Shown: positions 51,501 through 58,925 of the stretch, piece by piece
Layout of the letters: each line of letters starts with the position of its first letter
How positions within the stretch are numbered: the first letter of the stretch is position 1
Source: Owenia fusiformis
Taxonomy: Eukaryota
DNA: 64,000 nt
Direction: 5' to 3'
Assembly (NCBI GenBank): GCA_903813345.2
Contig: CAIIXF020000001.1
Coordinates: forward strand, 20,770,001 to 20,834,000
Made by a program: the position numbers and the translations under genes
Notes under the pieces: generated by a model
Databases searched by the model: none
What the model saw: only the letters and a program-made list of their open reading frames with translations
What the model was told of the DNA's origin: nothing

Positions 51501-52006
51501 TCTTGATTCAGATGGAGACCTCTGGATTGGTAAGTTGACTCATAATATAATGAAGGCCTTCATAAACAAACACATGTATTTGTTGCACAATGTCTAACTT
51601 CATTTCTTAGAATAAAGCATTAGCATGTATAGTATTGGGTGTCATTCTATGTTTGGAACCTAATAATAGACAATCATAAAGTGAAAACTTGTCAAAACTT
51701 ATTGTAGTTTCATGTTATTTTATGCAAGCTATTGCGTTTTCTTGTTTTGAAACACTGTCCATTTTCTTTTCACTTTTTTTAGGAGGTAATCCCAACCTCC
51801 CCGAGGGTCTACCCAGAGCATACACACGAGGCTTCAAAGGCTGCATCAAAGAGGTTCAAATTGACGGTGTTCAATTACACCTTGTTGACCACAGGGAAAA
51901 TCATACCTCATTGAAATTCTGTGAGGCAAAGGACTCCAAGAGACGGAGAAACACAGTAAACTCGAGGAGAAGAAGACCAGGATTACGAAGGCATAAGCTG
52001 TATTAG
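6351..52006 (+). CDS. AGRN: Agrin (5'-partial, multi-exon; 36 traced exons, about 1950 aa in window)
   Basis: Domain order FS/Kazal x8, laminin-EGF x2, FS9, spacer, EGF, LG1, EGF x2, LG2, EGF, LG3 is diagnostic of agrin. All traced exons have AG/GT boundaries with compatible phases; stop TAG at 52004-52006. Confidence 0.95.
6700..6845. mobile_element. Tc1/mariner-like MITE remnant
   Basis: ends ...tgggacaccctg|TA; a related end is at about 59750-59763. Confidence 0.4.
6926..7119. mobile_element. MITE with 5-bp TSD AATGC
   Basis: perfect TIR CATGGGCGTAGCG / CGCTACGCCCATG. Confidence 0.75.
9415..9651 (+). CDS. AGRN: agrin exon, FS/Kazal 2
   Basis: ccag|...G|gtatgt; 237 nt; [14 protein letters not shown]...[16 protein letters not shown]. 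Confidence 0.92.
12744..13265. mobile_element. foldback MITE with CACTG termini, ~200-bp imperfect arms and 5-bp TSD ATTGT
   Basis: CACTGTTCCACAACTAGTTACTTTGA / TCAAAGTAACTAGTTGTGGAACAGTG. Confidence 0.8.
14255..14984 (+). repeat. 49-bp minisatellite, 15 copies, overlapping an agrin splice acceptor
   Basis: unit accaacaacatgtgttacagATCCATGTAAAGACCATAAATGTAACATA; exact 49-bp period 14272...14958. Confidence 0.95.
14959..15174 (+). CDS. AGRN: agrin exon, FS/Kazal 3
   Basis: ttacag|...GAAG|gtgagt; 216 nt; [14 protein letters not shown]...[14 protein letters not shown]; its acceptor is the last unit of a 49-bp array. Confidence 0.9.
15935..16110. repeat. ~38-bp tandem repeat (~4 copies)
   Basis: acaagttaccatggttattccagttaccattataattc. 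Confidence 0.8.
17689..17904 (+). CDS. AGRN: agrin exon, FS/Kazal 4
   Basis: aacag|...TGTG|gtaagt; 216 nt; [14 protein letters not shown]...[14 protein letters not shown]. Confidence 0.92.
18935..19042 (+). CDS. AGRN: candidate alternative agrin exon, highly basic 36-aa insert
   Basis: ctataag|...AAAG|gtataa; 108 nt, phase 1-1, no stop; [38 protein letters not shown]-richer than the flanking intron. Confidence 0.5.
20340..20449 (+). CDS. AGRN: agrin exon, FS/Kazal 5 N-half
   Basis: ttacag|...CCA|gtaagt; [17 protein letters not shown]...CPRDFRP. Confidence 0.9.
20615..20784 (+). mobile_element. MITE (CAGGCCCGTAGCCAGG family) with 5-bp TSD TTGTA
   Basis: TIR and internal similarity to 23840-24038 in the opposite orientation. 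Confidence 0.75.
21000..21102 (+). CDS. AGRN: agrin exon, FS/Kazal 5 C-half
   Basis: tgtag|...A|gtaagt; [15 protein letters not shown]...RGRC. Confidence 0.9.
21880..22258. repeat. 30-bp minisatellite (~12 copies)
   Basis: tcactagcgatgtcaaaagatacatcacaa variants. Confidence 0.93.
22782..23005. mobile_element. MITE with long imperfect TIRs
   Basis: ATAGACCTTTCCA...TGGAAAGGTCTAT plus internal inverted ggctagattgatgatgtc/gacatcatcaatctagcc. Confidence 0.65.
23840..24038 (-). mobile_element. MITE (CAGGCCCGTAGCCAGG family) with 5-bp TSD TCCTT
   Basis: TIR CAGGCACGTAGCCAGG / CCTGGCTACGGGCCTG. Confidence 0.78.
24365..24456 (+). CDS. AGRN: agrin exon, FS/Kazal 6 N-half
   Basis: ttcag|...AGT|gtaagt; [13 protein letters not shown]...CVCPQSCVS. 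Confidence 0.9.
24738..24852 (+). CDS. AGRN: agrin exon, FS/Kazal 6 C-half
   Basis: gttag|...G|gtaagt; [19 protein letters not shown]...KGSC. Confidence 0.9.
24889..25037 (+). mobile_element. ~150-bp MITE (Harbinger-like), copy 1
   Basis: gcctcagtcacattt...aaatgtgact; near-identical core at 27359-27512. Confidence 0.6.
25277..25489 (+). CDS. AGRN: agrin exon, FS/Kazal 7 plus start of Ser-Gly cluster
   Basis: tttcag|...CAG|gtaagg; 213 nt; ends ...CNEVSGS. Confidence 0.92.
26623..26634 (+). CDS. AGRN: candidate 12-nt agrin microexon (DALP)
   Basis: long pyrimidine tract about 26564-26594, catgtag|ATGCCTTACCAG|gtaaac; phase 1-1, frame-preserving. Confidence 0.5.
26877..27040 (-). mobile_element. 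decayed copy of the same MITE family
   Basis: cccgtagccagg...ctggctatgggtctg with shared internal motifs. Confidence 0.6.
27157..27271 (+). CDS. AGRN: agrin exon, FS/Kazal 8 N-half
   Basis: attaag|GTTCAG (alternative in-frame acceptor at 27163)...AG|gtaaat; [18 protein letters not shown]. Confidence 0.88.
27359..27512 (+). mobile_element. ~150-bp MITE, copy 2
   Basis: TIR GCCTCAGTCA / TGACTGAGGC. Confidence 0.65.
27724..27839 (+). CDS. AGRN: agrin exon, FS/Kazal 8 C-half
   Basis: gctag|...A|gtaagc; [17 protein letters not shown]. Confidence 0.9.
28243..28395 (+). CDS. AGRN: agrin exon, lustrin/WR1-type Cys-rich module
   Basis: tgtag|...CAG|gtaaac; 153 nt; [32 protein letters not shown]...GRCCF. 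Confidence 0.85.
28806..29124. mobile_element. piggyBac-like MITE
   Basis: TTAA|CCC...actgc // gcagta..GGG|TTAA. Confidence 0.5.
29179..29271 (+). CDS. AGRN: agrin exon, Cys linker before the laminin-EGFs
   Basis: tgtag|...A|gtaagt; 93 nt; [26 protein letters not shown]. Confidence 0.9.
30062..30223 (+). CDS. AGRN: agrin exon, laminin-EGF 1
   Basis: tttag|...C|gtaagt; [15 protein letters not shown]...[19 protein letters not shown]. Confidence 0.93.
30851..30994 (+). CDS. AGRN: agrin exon, laminin-EGF 2
   Basis: aacag|...C|gtaagt; [23 protein letters not shown]. Confidence 0.93.
31385..31850. repeat. 30-bp minisatellite (~15 copies, alternating 60-bp higher-order pattern)
   Basis: tcattggtgcaatatggcacccccacccaa / ttattggtgcaatatatcacccccatccaa. 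Confidence 0.9.
32050..32311. repeat. two short ~27-bp tandem repeats
   Basis: gtactcacaaat x4; ttttcccagagagtattgcaatgtaaa x3. Confidence 0.8.
33199..33258 (+). CDS. AGRN: candidate 60-nt alternative agrin exon
   Basis: TACTAAC branch point 33165-33171, pyrimidine tract, ctag|...AAG|gtttgg; phase 1-1; [20 protein letters not shown]. Confidence 0.55.
34829..35071 (+). CDS. AGRN: agrin exon, FS/Kazal 9
   Basis: tgtag|...A|gtaagt; 243 nt; [13 protein letters not shown]...[15 protein letters not shown]. Confidence 0.92.
35416..35637 (+). CDS. AGRN: agrin exon, Thr/basic linker plus EB/EGF-like module
   Basis: tccag|...C|gtgagt; 222 nt; RRTRKVTRH...[25 protein letters not shown]. Confidence 0.85.
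36186..36497 (+). CDS. AGRN: agrin exon, acidic/PE spacer plus EGF
   Basis: tttag|...C|gtaagt; 312 nt; [14 protein letters not shown]...GFKCKC. Confidence 0.85.
36855..37358. mobile_element. foldback MITE with ~95-bp TIRs flanked by TTAA
   Basis: ggctttgtataaaaaacctcctacctcatacccacc... mirrored at about 37265-37356. Confidence 0.8.
38130..38174 (+). CDS. AGRN: 45-nt Lys/Arg-rich agrin exon (probably cassette)
   Basis: strong pyrimidine tract, tgtag|...GATC|gtatgt; phase 1-1; [15 protein letters not shown]. Confidence 0.72.
39188..39370 (+). CDS. AGRN: agrin exon, acidic/Ser-Thr spacer (probably cassette)
   Basis: tgtag|...AAG|gtttgt; 183 nt open, phase 1-1; [34 protein letters not shown]. 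Confidence 0.75.
40070..40417 (+). CDS. AGRN: agrin exon, PE/T-rich spacer plus EGF
   Basis: tttcag|...G|gtgagc; 348 nt; [13 protein letters not shown]...GFLCLC. Confidence 0.85.
41254..41355 (+). CDS. AGRN: agrin exon, Ser/Thr/Pro-rich (probably cassette)
   Basis: ttctag|...TAG|gtagca; 102 nt, phase 1-1; [24 protein letters not shown]. Confidence 0.65.
   Translation, partial: RLRWLLWPHSPQQTLLLYQLHLQPQWKSLIIQP
41737..41938 (+). CDS. AGRN: agrin exon, LG1 part 1
   Basis: ccag|...CG|gtatgt; [12 protein letters not shown]...LLLYNGQ...GDFISI. Confidence 0.93.
42088..42300 (+). CDS. AGRN: agrin exon, LG1 part 2
   Basis: ccag|...GA|gtaagt; YDLGSG...WHRV...[10 protein letters not shown]. Confidence 0.93.
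42410..42546 (+). CDS. AGRN: agrin exon, LG1 part 3
   Basis: tatag|...A|gtgaga; GLVGCVQSL. Confidence 0.88.
42811..42921 (+). CDS. AGRN: agrin exon, EGF
   Basis: tttcag|...G|gtaaat; 111 nt; [14 protein letters not shown]...[11 protein letters not shown]. Confidence 0.9.
43209..43343 (+). CDS. AGRN: agrin exon, EGF
   Basis: gttag|...G|gtacaa; 135 nt; [13 protein letters not shown]...[13 protein letters not shown]. Confidence 0.9.
43647..43778 (+). CDS. AGRN: agrin exon, LG2 part 1
   Basis: ccag|...G|gtaagg; [10 protein letters not shown]...LEVWFLA. Confidence 0.9.
43950..44067 (+). CDS. AGRN: agrin exon, LG2 part 2
   Basis: tttag|...AC|gtaagt; GMLLYVGQ...GKGDFLSL...FRFDLGSG. Confidence 0.92.
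44500..44611 (+). CDS. AGRN: agrin exon, LG2 part 3
   Basis: tttag|...GGG|gtaagt; [24 protein letters not shown]...GSAG; phase-0 end. Confidence 0.92.
45493..45501 (+). CDS. AGRN: candidate 9-nt agrin microexon (DQV) in LG2
   Basis: gcttttccttctatttcatttctag|GACCAAGTG|gtatgt; phase 0-0. Confidence 0.62.
47162..48357 (-). mobile_element. HINE/DINE-1/pearl-like element with 4 core repeats (~135-150 bp), (GGAC)n microsatellite and terminal palindrome
   Basis: core units at about 47448, 47595, 47745 and 47880; (GGAC)n about 48248-48315; palindrome tatccc..gaacttcgttc..gggata. Confidence 0.75.
48417..48533 (+). CDS. AGRN: agrin exon, LG2 part 4
   Basis: ctgtag|...AGG|gtaagt; [16 protein letters not shown]...GFNGAIQR. 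Confidence 0.92.
49047..49233 (+). CDS. AGRN: agrin exon, end of LG2 plus EGF
   Basis: ctag|...T|gtaagt; [13 protein letters not shown]...[14 protein letters not shown]. Confidence 0.92.
49371..49965. mobile_element. Kolobok-like MITE with TTAA TSD and long imperfect arms
   Basis: TTAA|AGGAATATTCCTTGCCA ... TGGCAAGGAATATTCCT|TTAA. Confidence 0.8.
50180..50261 (+). CDS. AGRN: agrin exon, LG3 part 1
   Basis: ttcag|...AG|gtaggc; [18 protein letters not shown]. Confidence 0.9.
50679..50918 (+). CDS. AGRN: agrin exon, LG3 part 2
   Basis: ttcag|...AG|gtgagg; [30 protein letters not shown]. Confidence 0.92.
51426..51529 (+). CDS. AGRN: agrin exon, LG3 part 3
   Basis: tctag|...G|gtaagt; [16 protein letters not shown]. 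Confidence 0.92.
51783..52006 (+). CDS. AGRN: agrin last coding exon, LG3 end plus basic tail
   Basis: ttttag|[22 protein letters not shown]...LKFC followed by an Arg-rich tail and TAG. Confidence 0.92.
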
Positions 52007-52953
52007 ACACACACAAGTGATAGTATAATGAATGATCTGATAGCCTCGACAGCTTATTGGAAGGGTCAGGGTGTAGAGTTAGTCAAGGCATACAATGTAT
52101 ATCACCCTGCCCTGTATGACAGTGTTGCAGTATAGCTACTGTCTGTACAATACAGAGATATTTAAGTACAGATGGACTATACAGATGTCTTATCTGTTCT
52201 CTGCATTCATGTGCTGTACACTACAAATATGTAGTTATAAACTATGTGCATATGTATCCGAGTCAGATGAAGAGACTCCCAAAATGTGGATGACTTGAAG
52301 TCTTTTATTTAACACATTCTTTATATGTTATAGATACTTTACAAATTGCCATTCTCATACTTTAATACCTACTAATATACCTAATAAGACCTACATATGC
52401 ATTCGAGAAACTTTGCATTGTTGAAATACAGTGTACCATTTGTGCAAAATGTGGGCATTTAACAGGCATATTGAGCAGTAAACTTGCACCTGATAAGCAT
52501 AAAAACTACATAATAGATAGATTTTCTTCAGAATTTTCAACTATTATTTTTATTGAAATTTAACAATTGAAGTTTACAGAGCAAATTGAAAAAGTGTTTC
52601 TATAAGACTTGTATGAAGCAATATCAAATTTGATAAAAAAAATCCTGTGCAAACATGTTCTTTTTGTGATTTTTATGAACTATCTAGGATAGGGAGAAAC
52701 AGAATGCAGTGTAGTAAATTAATTATGTGTAGTTCAAGTATCATTGTTAGCTAACCCTATAAGTGGAACAGAGTTAATGAAGTCCATTTACTTGTTATTG
52801 TTTCTTTTTGTATTGTATACATTCCAGCAAGTTTATACAATTCAGTGTTAGATGTCATAGTGTAGAATTGTTTCTGGCAATACACTGTACATGTTCATCG
52901 CAGACAGTTGTGATTTATATTGGTACCATGCCCGACATACCAGGCTTTTAGTG

Positions 52954-52963
52954 AATAAATAAA
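52954..52963 (+). terminator. candidate agrin polyadenylation signal (overlapping AATAAA x2)
   Basis: aataaataaa about 950 nt after the stop, followed by T/GT-rich sequence. Confidence 0.45.
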
Positions 52964-55624
52964 CCAATTAAGTTATTAATTAGTACTTGAACGTATCTAA
53001 ATACGTTTTTGTGCTCATCAATTTTTTTTGTTTTTGTGATGCTATGAAGACACAATTCTTTCATAATATTAGTACTGATAACTTTTTAATATGTAATATA
53101 AATGTATTGTTAGTACATTGTTAGAGACAGAAGCTTTATGTACATACTTAGATATATACTTGTAACTGTGGTCTGCGTGCTCAGTTTACACTTCAAGGCC
53201 CACTTGACCTTGACCCTTATTGTACTTATTTGACCTTGACCCTTAATTAAGTTATTTAGTGCACCTACTTTTCCATGGCAGAATCTAGGTGTATTAGGGT
53301 TTCAGTCGAATCATGAATTGTCACAATTTTATTATTTACAATGAATTTATGTTTGAAATACTACTTACAATTGAGAAACAATGAATTTTTTAGTATTTAT
53401 TACACTTACATAATTTTAGCAGAAATACTCATATTTTACATATTGACAATAACAATAACTATAAACAATACCAGTGTAATAACGAAAAGTTTAAAGGCCT
53501 AGTTAGTGTTAATTACAGTGGATGTTTTTATAATGTTTATGTTTGCATCTTTGCACCTCGAGAAATGTTAAGAAGCAGCTTGTTAGAACTGGGAGACTTA
53601 TTTGATTTATCACTTAATCATATGAATTAAGACTTGAATCATAGTATCACTTTAAGAAATTAAGACTTCAATTTAATTTTGAATTATAGTACCACTTTAA
53701 GGGCATGATGTATTGGATTCAATGTTTTCTAAAAGCATTGATGATAGGTTTTGTTAGCAACTTGCTTGTAGTTTGAAACAACGCTTTTTGCCGCTTTCTA
53801 GAATAAGACAGTGTATGCATTTATCTTTTAATTACACTGCCTCTATCATAGAAAATATAACATTATGGCTTTCTAGTTGACGTGTAGATATTATAATATA
53901 TGCATGTATAGTATTATAGTATTTTATTTAAACAACCATGTTGTATATTGTATTATAAATGAATCCACCAATGGAAAGTTGGTAGGATTAGTTTTACAAC
54001 TGATTTGTGATGCTCACTTTTCAATCATGTAATGCATTCAAGTACAAGTGGACTGTATATATGCAAGGTGTGATCGCAGTATATTCTATATGATGCTTAT
54101 AAACTGACAAAACATTAAAATATAGTCATCTCGCACATAAGGACTATTTATATAGGTCAAGTCCCTGTGGAGCTCCTTTAAGTTTTCTGCCTCTCGTTTC
54201 CAGACTTAACTGTTTGAAAATGTCTCAGAACCGAAAGGGCTTGTAACATGGTCACAATATGATGTAACTTGGAAAATGCATTAAATGATTGAAAATATGA
54301 GTTCTTTGTCTGTTAAACAAGCACTCCCTTCTCTTCTTTCTATTTTGTTTTGAGGAGAAGGGAGGGGTGTACAAGGACATGATGCAGTACTATAGTACAT
54401 GTACTTCTATACTTTAACTAAAAGTACTCAAGTACGTGCTCTAGTATTGCGCTGTCCTGGTTTATATTGTATTAACCCAGTTGATACCAATGTATATAGA
54501 TTTGGTCTCATTTTACATGTTAAGATGTTTAATGTTAATAACCATCAATGCAATAATCATTATTATTAGAATATGTAGACTTTTTCATACAATTGTTCAA
54601 TGATAACCCATTGTGAAATAACAGATGAAGATATATACATGATCATGAAAAATGATGTAAAACTCATTTCAATTGGAATGTATATAACCAGATGTATGTA
54701 TACATTTCCGTAAAGCATTGCCACAGGAGTTGGGATATAAATATGAAAGGTTGGGGTTAACCTGGGGTGTGAATACTAATGGGTAGGGTTAAGTTGGGGT
54801 ACAAATATTAAAGGGTAGGGCTAGAGAAGGCTGTACATATAGAGAAACTTAGAATATTTATGTTGATATAGCTGACAGTGTTTACAGTACAATGGAATAA
54901 CAAATAACCAATGATGCAGTTTAAAAATTAAGTAACAATGAACATAATATATTTATCATTACCAGACATTATGTACCATTGGAAAGGTGATATACTGTTA
55001 GAAAGCAAGACATATTAGGGTACAGTACAATATGAAGTGGAATTACAATTGTACATTACAACATTCAATTTGTCTTCAAAATAAACTCATGTACATTATT
55101 TACTATTTCTGTTCACTTTTTCCACATATATCAACAGAGGAAATGTTTTGTGGATTTCAGTGCCAGTCAGGCTGAGATCATATCATCCTTAAAGATGAAC
55201 CCTATATACAATAGTGACTTGAAATCTGTGACTATGAAGTGAGTATGATCGCTATAATATTCGGTATAATAATATGAGAAGAAAATGAATAGAAATCAAA
55301 TTTATTCTTTCACTTAGAAACCTGAAACCGTCCAGTTATATTACAATTATCTCAAGGATGGATTAAGCGTATGGACAATGGAATCATTCCTAATAAGGTT
55401 ATTCTTTTGTAGAACCATGAAACAATAGTTTGGTAAATTAATGCATTAGCACAGTATTTATATTTCCCTGTGAAAAGAAGACTTCTGAGAGATAAACGGT
55501 CTTTAGACTTAGATTATGTCAAATGGTAGTTAACGTATGTTTTGCCTCGTCCTTTAATTTAAAATAGACCGTATGAAATACCCTTTCACACTTTCGACAT
55601 TTATAATCGAATGTGTATCCTAAA

Positions 55625-55787
55625 CCGGTGTAAAAGAGTAGGAGGTCCTATCAATTTATTGTCCTACTCTCCACTGATTTATATGGCGACCTCTTTCCAT
55701 TATTAGCTTATACACAATCAGGGCCAATAAGGGCCGTTAAGAAGGGGGACCATAATCCCCGGGGGGCATAATTTCTTTCACACCGTG
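55625..55787. mobile_element. short TIR element with 8-bp TSD ATCCTAAA
   Basis: CGGTGTAAAAGA / TCTTTCACACCG; ATCCTAAA at 55617-55624 and 55788-55795. Confidence 0.55.
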
Positions 55788-56013
55788 ATCCTAAATTAGT
55801 CCGAGCCATTGGACTTCAGAAAATGAATACTGAGGTAAGCTCCCCCGGTAGTTCCCCGATTCCTACCAAAGGAACCGGCAGAACACAGATTTAATGCAAA
55901 CTCGAGCTCAAAATGTGAGGAAATTATACATATCACAAACATTGGAAAACTTGTTACCGTTGGACTGACTGCGTCTGGATTTCATATTGAGCTAAAACTT
56001 AATTGAACAACTC

Positions 56014-56027
56014 GTTTCCATGGTAAC
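56014..56027. promoter_or_regulatory. RFX X-box-like motif GTTTCCATGGTAAC
   Basis: matches GTTNCCATGGNAAC; partial second copy near 56316-56327. Confidence 0.3.
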
Positions 56028-56691
56028 TGTTTAACTTTTTTAGTTTAAGTTTTATTTATTTCATTATACTATTCAACAAATAAATACAGGGCCTATGCCG
56101 AAGGATTATTGCTCTTGTTGGTTACAACTATTACTCGACTGGTGTTGTCATTAGCATTTAAAAAGTAAGTGAAAATTATTATATTCGTTATGAAGTCATA
56201 ACTGAATTTTGAAATATATACTTCTTACAAATGATAATGATGAACATACCATGGAAGTTCAATTTAAAATGTTTTCAAGTTTGAAATATGCCAAATTCAA
56301 CGCTCTTCGCCTCAATTCCATGGTTACTGTTTCGCCCATAAGAAAAATAAACTAATTTTGGCCTGTCAACTTACCCCTTTACGGAATTTTAAGTTAGATT
56401 TTGTTGTCATATTTACAAGATGCATTTTATATGTCCTTTTTACCAAAATGAAATTGGTCGTCAAAAACTGAGAAATCAAATCTTACGTATATAGACATAC
56501 TTTACGACCATGAATGTCGTAGTCTTGGGCTGAGATAAAAATGAGTTTATTCAACATCAATTTAATTGTCATCCAGGTTTATATAATGTTTTGTTCTCGA
56601 CTTCTCGTACACGTTTTAATGTCGCTTTAGTTCAGTAGTTGATACACATTGAAGAATTGGATAAGCTATACGTCAAAACTTGTTGACGTAT

Positions 56692-57246
56692 TTATTGGGG
56701 GTAGGGCATGTGTCCTGGGGGCGGTGGGTACGGTGCCCCAGTCGGTGCGTCATACGAAGCTGCAGCAGCCACCCCCTCGAAGCCTATGCCTATAGGAGGC
56801 CCGGGTATGGCAGCCGCTCCATCGAAACCGACAGATGGCCCTGCTCCAAACTGTGGAGCCGAAGGGCCTGCTCCCAGTTGCTGATCCGGTGGGAGTGTGC
56901 TGGCTATGGCTTCCATCCATGCATTCAAGTCATTGATGTGTTCACATAGGATCCAGTGAATTTTCTTCTTTTTCAACGCCTGCGGTATAGAAATGAGATT
57001 GTATACTGAAGCCTCGGGTGGTAACATCGGTCGATCTGGAAGCGATGTTTTATCACCTACCGCAATGTAATATGCTATGTTTTTCAAAAGAACAGTTCCC
57101 TTGTCTTTTGTATCACCCGGATTCTTATACCATGTGAGTGTACTGTCCGAGTAAAGTACAAAATAATTTTTCTTCCATTTATCCTCTTTATCTAGGATAC
57201 TACCCTTTCCATATCTAAGAAGATATCCAGTTTTTACCGTTGTCAT
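56692..57246 (-). CDS. PH-domain protein with Pro/Gly/Ala-rich tail (evectin/PLEKHB-like), 184 aa, single coding exon
   Basis: VKTGYLLR...WKKNYFVLYSDSTLTWYK...KGTV...DLNAWMEAI is a canonical PH pattern; acceptor ttgtag immediately before 57260; ATG at 57246; AATAAA at 56551-56546. Confidence 0.85.
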   Translation of the reverse strand: MTTVKTGYLLRYGKGSILDKEDKWKKNYFVLYSDSTLTWYKNPGDTKDKGTVLLKNIAYYIAVGDKTSLPDRPMLPPEASVYNLISIPQALKKKKIHWILCEHINDLNAWMEAIASTLPPDQQLGAGPSAPQFGAGPSVGFDGAAAIPGPPIGIGFEGVAAAASYDAPTGAPYPPPPGHMPYPQ

Positions 57247-57537
57247 TATTGCTTTGTGACCTACAAGATGTGGCAACAAGATGATCCAAGTAATCTAAAA
57301 CTGGATGAAGTGATATCAAAAGATTGTCATGGAGTCAAACTTATGACGTCAGATTTATCCTATTATCTCTTATTTTCTGGGAATGAGTAGGCCTACCAAA
57401 CTCAAGTCCACTCGAGACCAACCAAAGGTATGGCAAGGGCGTTGCAAATCCCAGTTATCTAGTAAAACACCAGGTAAGAACTGTTACATCTTACAATAAA
57501 AAAACAAGGCATTAAGATGAAAAATGTCAGAACCTAC

Positions 57538-57630
57538 CATTTGTTACAGACGCCGAACACCAATAGCCGTCCAAAAAAGTTGGAGACACCACTTGTGGTG
57601 GTGGAGTAAAAATACTGTTTCTCTTGCAAT
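57538..57630 (-). other. putative first (5' UTR) exon of the PH gene; 5' end approximate
   Basis: donor ATG|gtaggt at 57538/57537; CpG-richer sequence; NRF1-like motif just upstream. Confidence 0.45.
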
Positions 57631-57638
57631 GCCTCTCA

Positions 57639-58925
57639 CACACTACCCTACCTCGATAGCGCATGCGCGAATTTTTTGGCTTTCAACCACGTCGCTTTTG
57701 AGTATTTCGACTGCTTAGTCAAAAGGTTAATACGTTTGGTGCTCGGAGTGAGTCAATATTGCTATTCGCTGAACTTCAGTGGTGCGATAGTGAAGTCCAT
57801 GTTCCAAGTTATATGATAGTTGAAGAAAGAATGTAAATAATATCGTTTTAAATTTTAAAATATTTGATATGTCATAGTACACGGTACACAGTTGCAAAAG
57901 TTGATCAATACAGGGTACAAGGAATGTAAATTGCTCAATAAGACAGGGAGCGAGGAAGTAAGCTGATTATACAGACATACTATGTCCCGATCTCATGTAC
58001 ATTTACGTTGCCAACAGCGAAAATAATGCTAAAAAGGCCGCCTGTTGATGCTTTGAGGTGTCATCAATTGTTATTTAATCCAAATAAAGTAAACATTATT
58101 TTGTAGATTTATATAACCCCTTGAATGGTCTAATTCACTACCCTTCTCAAAAACCGATCATTTAAAATATTTTGTTCAAAATACCATCATGCCACGACTT
58201 GAGAGCATTTTGTTCTTCACGATTTGCTGTAGCGCTGATTTGACATCGTATTTCTCTATTATTGTAAAATAAACTAATACCAGATCGATGTAGTCTTAGA
58301 TGACGTGTTGGATGTCAGATGTTTTTGGATGGTATCTGCTCCAGTGATTTTGCATTTAATCATGAAACGCTCATCACAAGACACCTCGAAACAAACATTA
58401 TCCTGTTTGTGACAAGAGGAAAAATGTTTCACAATATGTTATGCCTTACGGCAAAGTAAAGATACATTTCTGGGACGACGTTTTTTGCATCTTAAGATTT
58501 TAGAAAAACAATTAATTCACAAAAATACAGTTGAATAACATACTGGAAAACGTATCCACATATAACATGATGACACGTAGTTTAAATAACAGTTAACTGG
58601 GTTTTTTGTTACATATCAATGTAACATTTTTGAAGGGAAACTTACATGCTCCCTGTACGTTGATAGATTTACTGAAATGTATCGTGTATTGCATTGGGTT
58701 TTGCTTCACTGCGCCCACTATTATCTATCTTTGCCTATAGTGGTTTTTTGCCAACAATATTTTACAAACTGCTCGATGAATCAATTCTATGTCTGGTAGA
58801 ATACTAGAAATAAATGTAAAATGTATTTTACGTTCAGAAATATGGAATTAAACCCACGTCCTCCATTTGCAACTTAGCTGTACCCTGTTTCCCTTTTAAA
58901 CGTGGTCACGTGGTAGGGTAGTGTG
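57639..58925. mobile_element. 1287-bp non-autonomous TIR element with CAC...GTG termini and 5-bp TSD TCTCA (Transib-like signature)
   Basis: perfect 14-bp TIR CACACTACCCTACC / GGTAGGGTAGTGTG; TCTCA at 57634-57638 and 58926-58930; no long ORF inside. Confidence 0.72.
57659..57668. promoter_or_regulatory. NRF1/ewg-type palindrome GCGCATGCGC
   Basis: exact palindromic consensus just upstream of the putative first exon of the PH gene. Confidence 0.5.

Noticed and set aside
57639-57700. RSS-like heptamer/nonamer in the CAC-ended elements
   Set aside because: Only the terminal CAC matches; no nonamer at 12/23 spacing and no RAG/Transib coding remnant visible.
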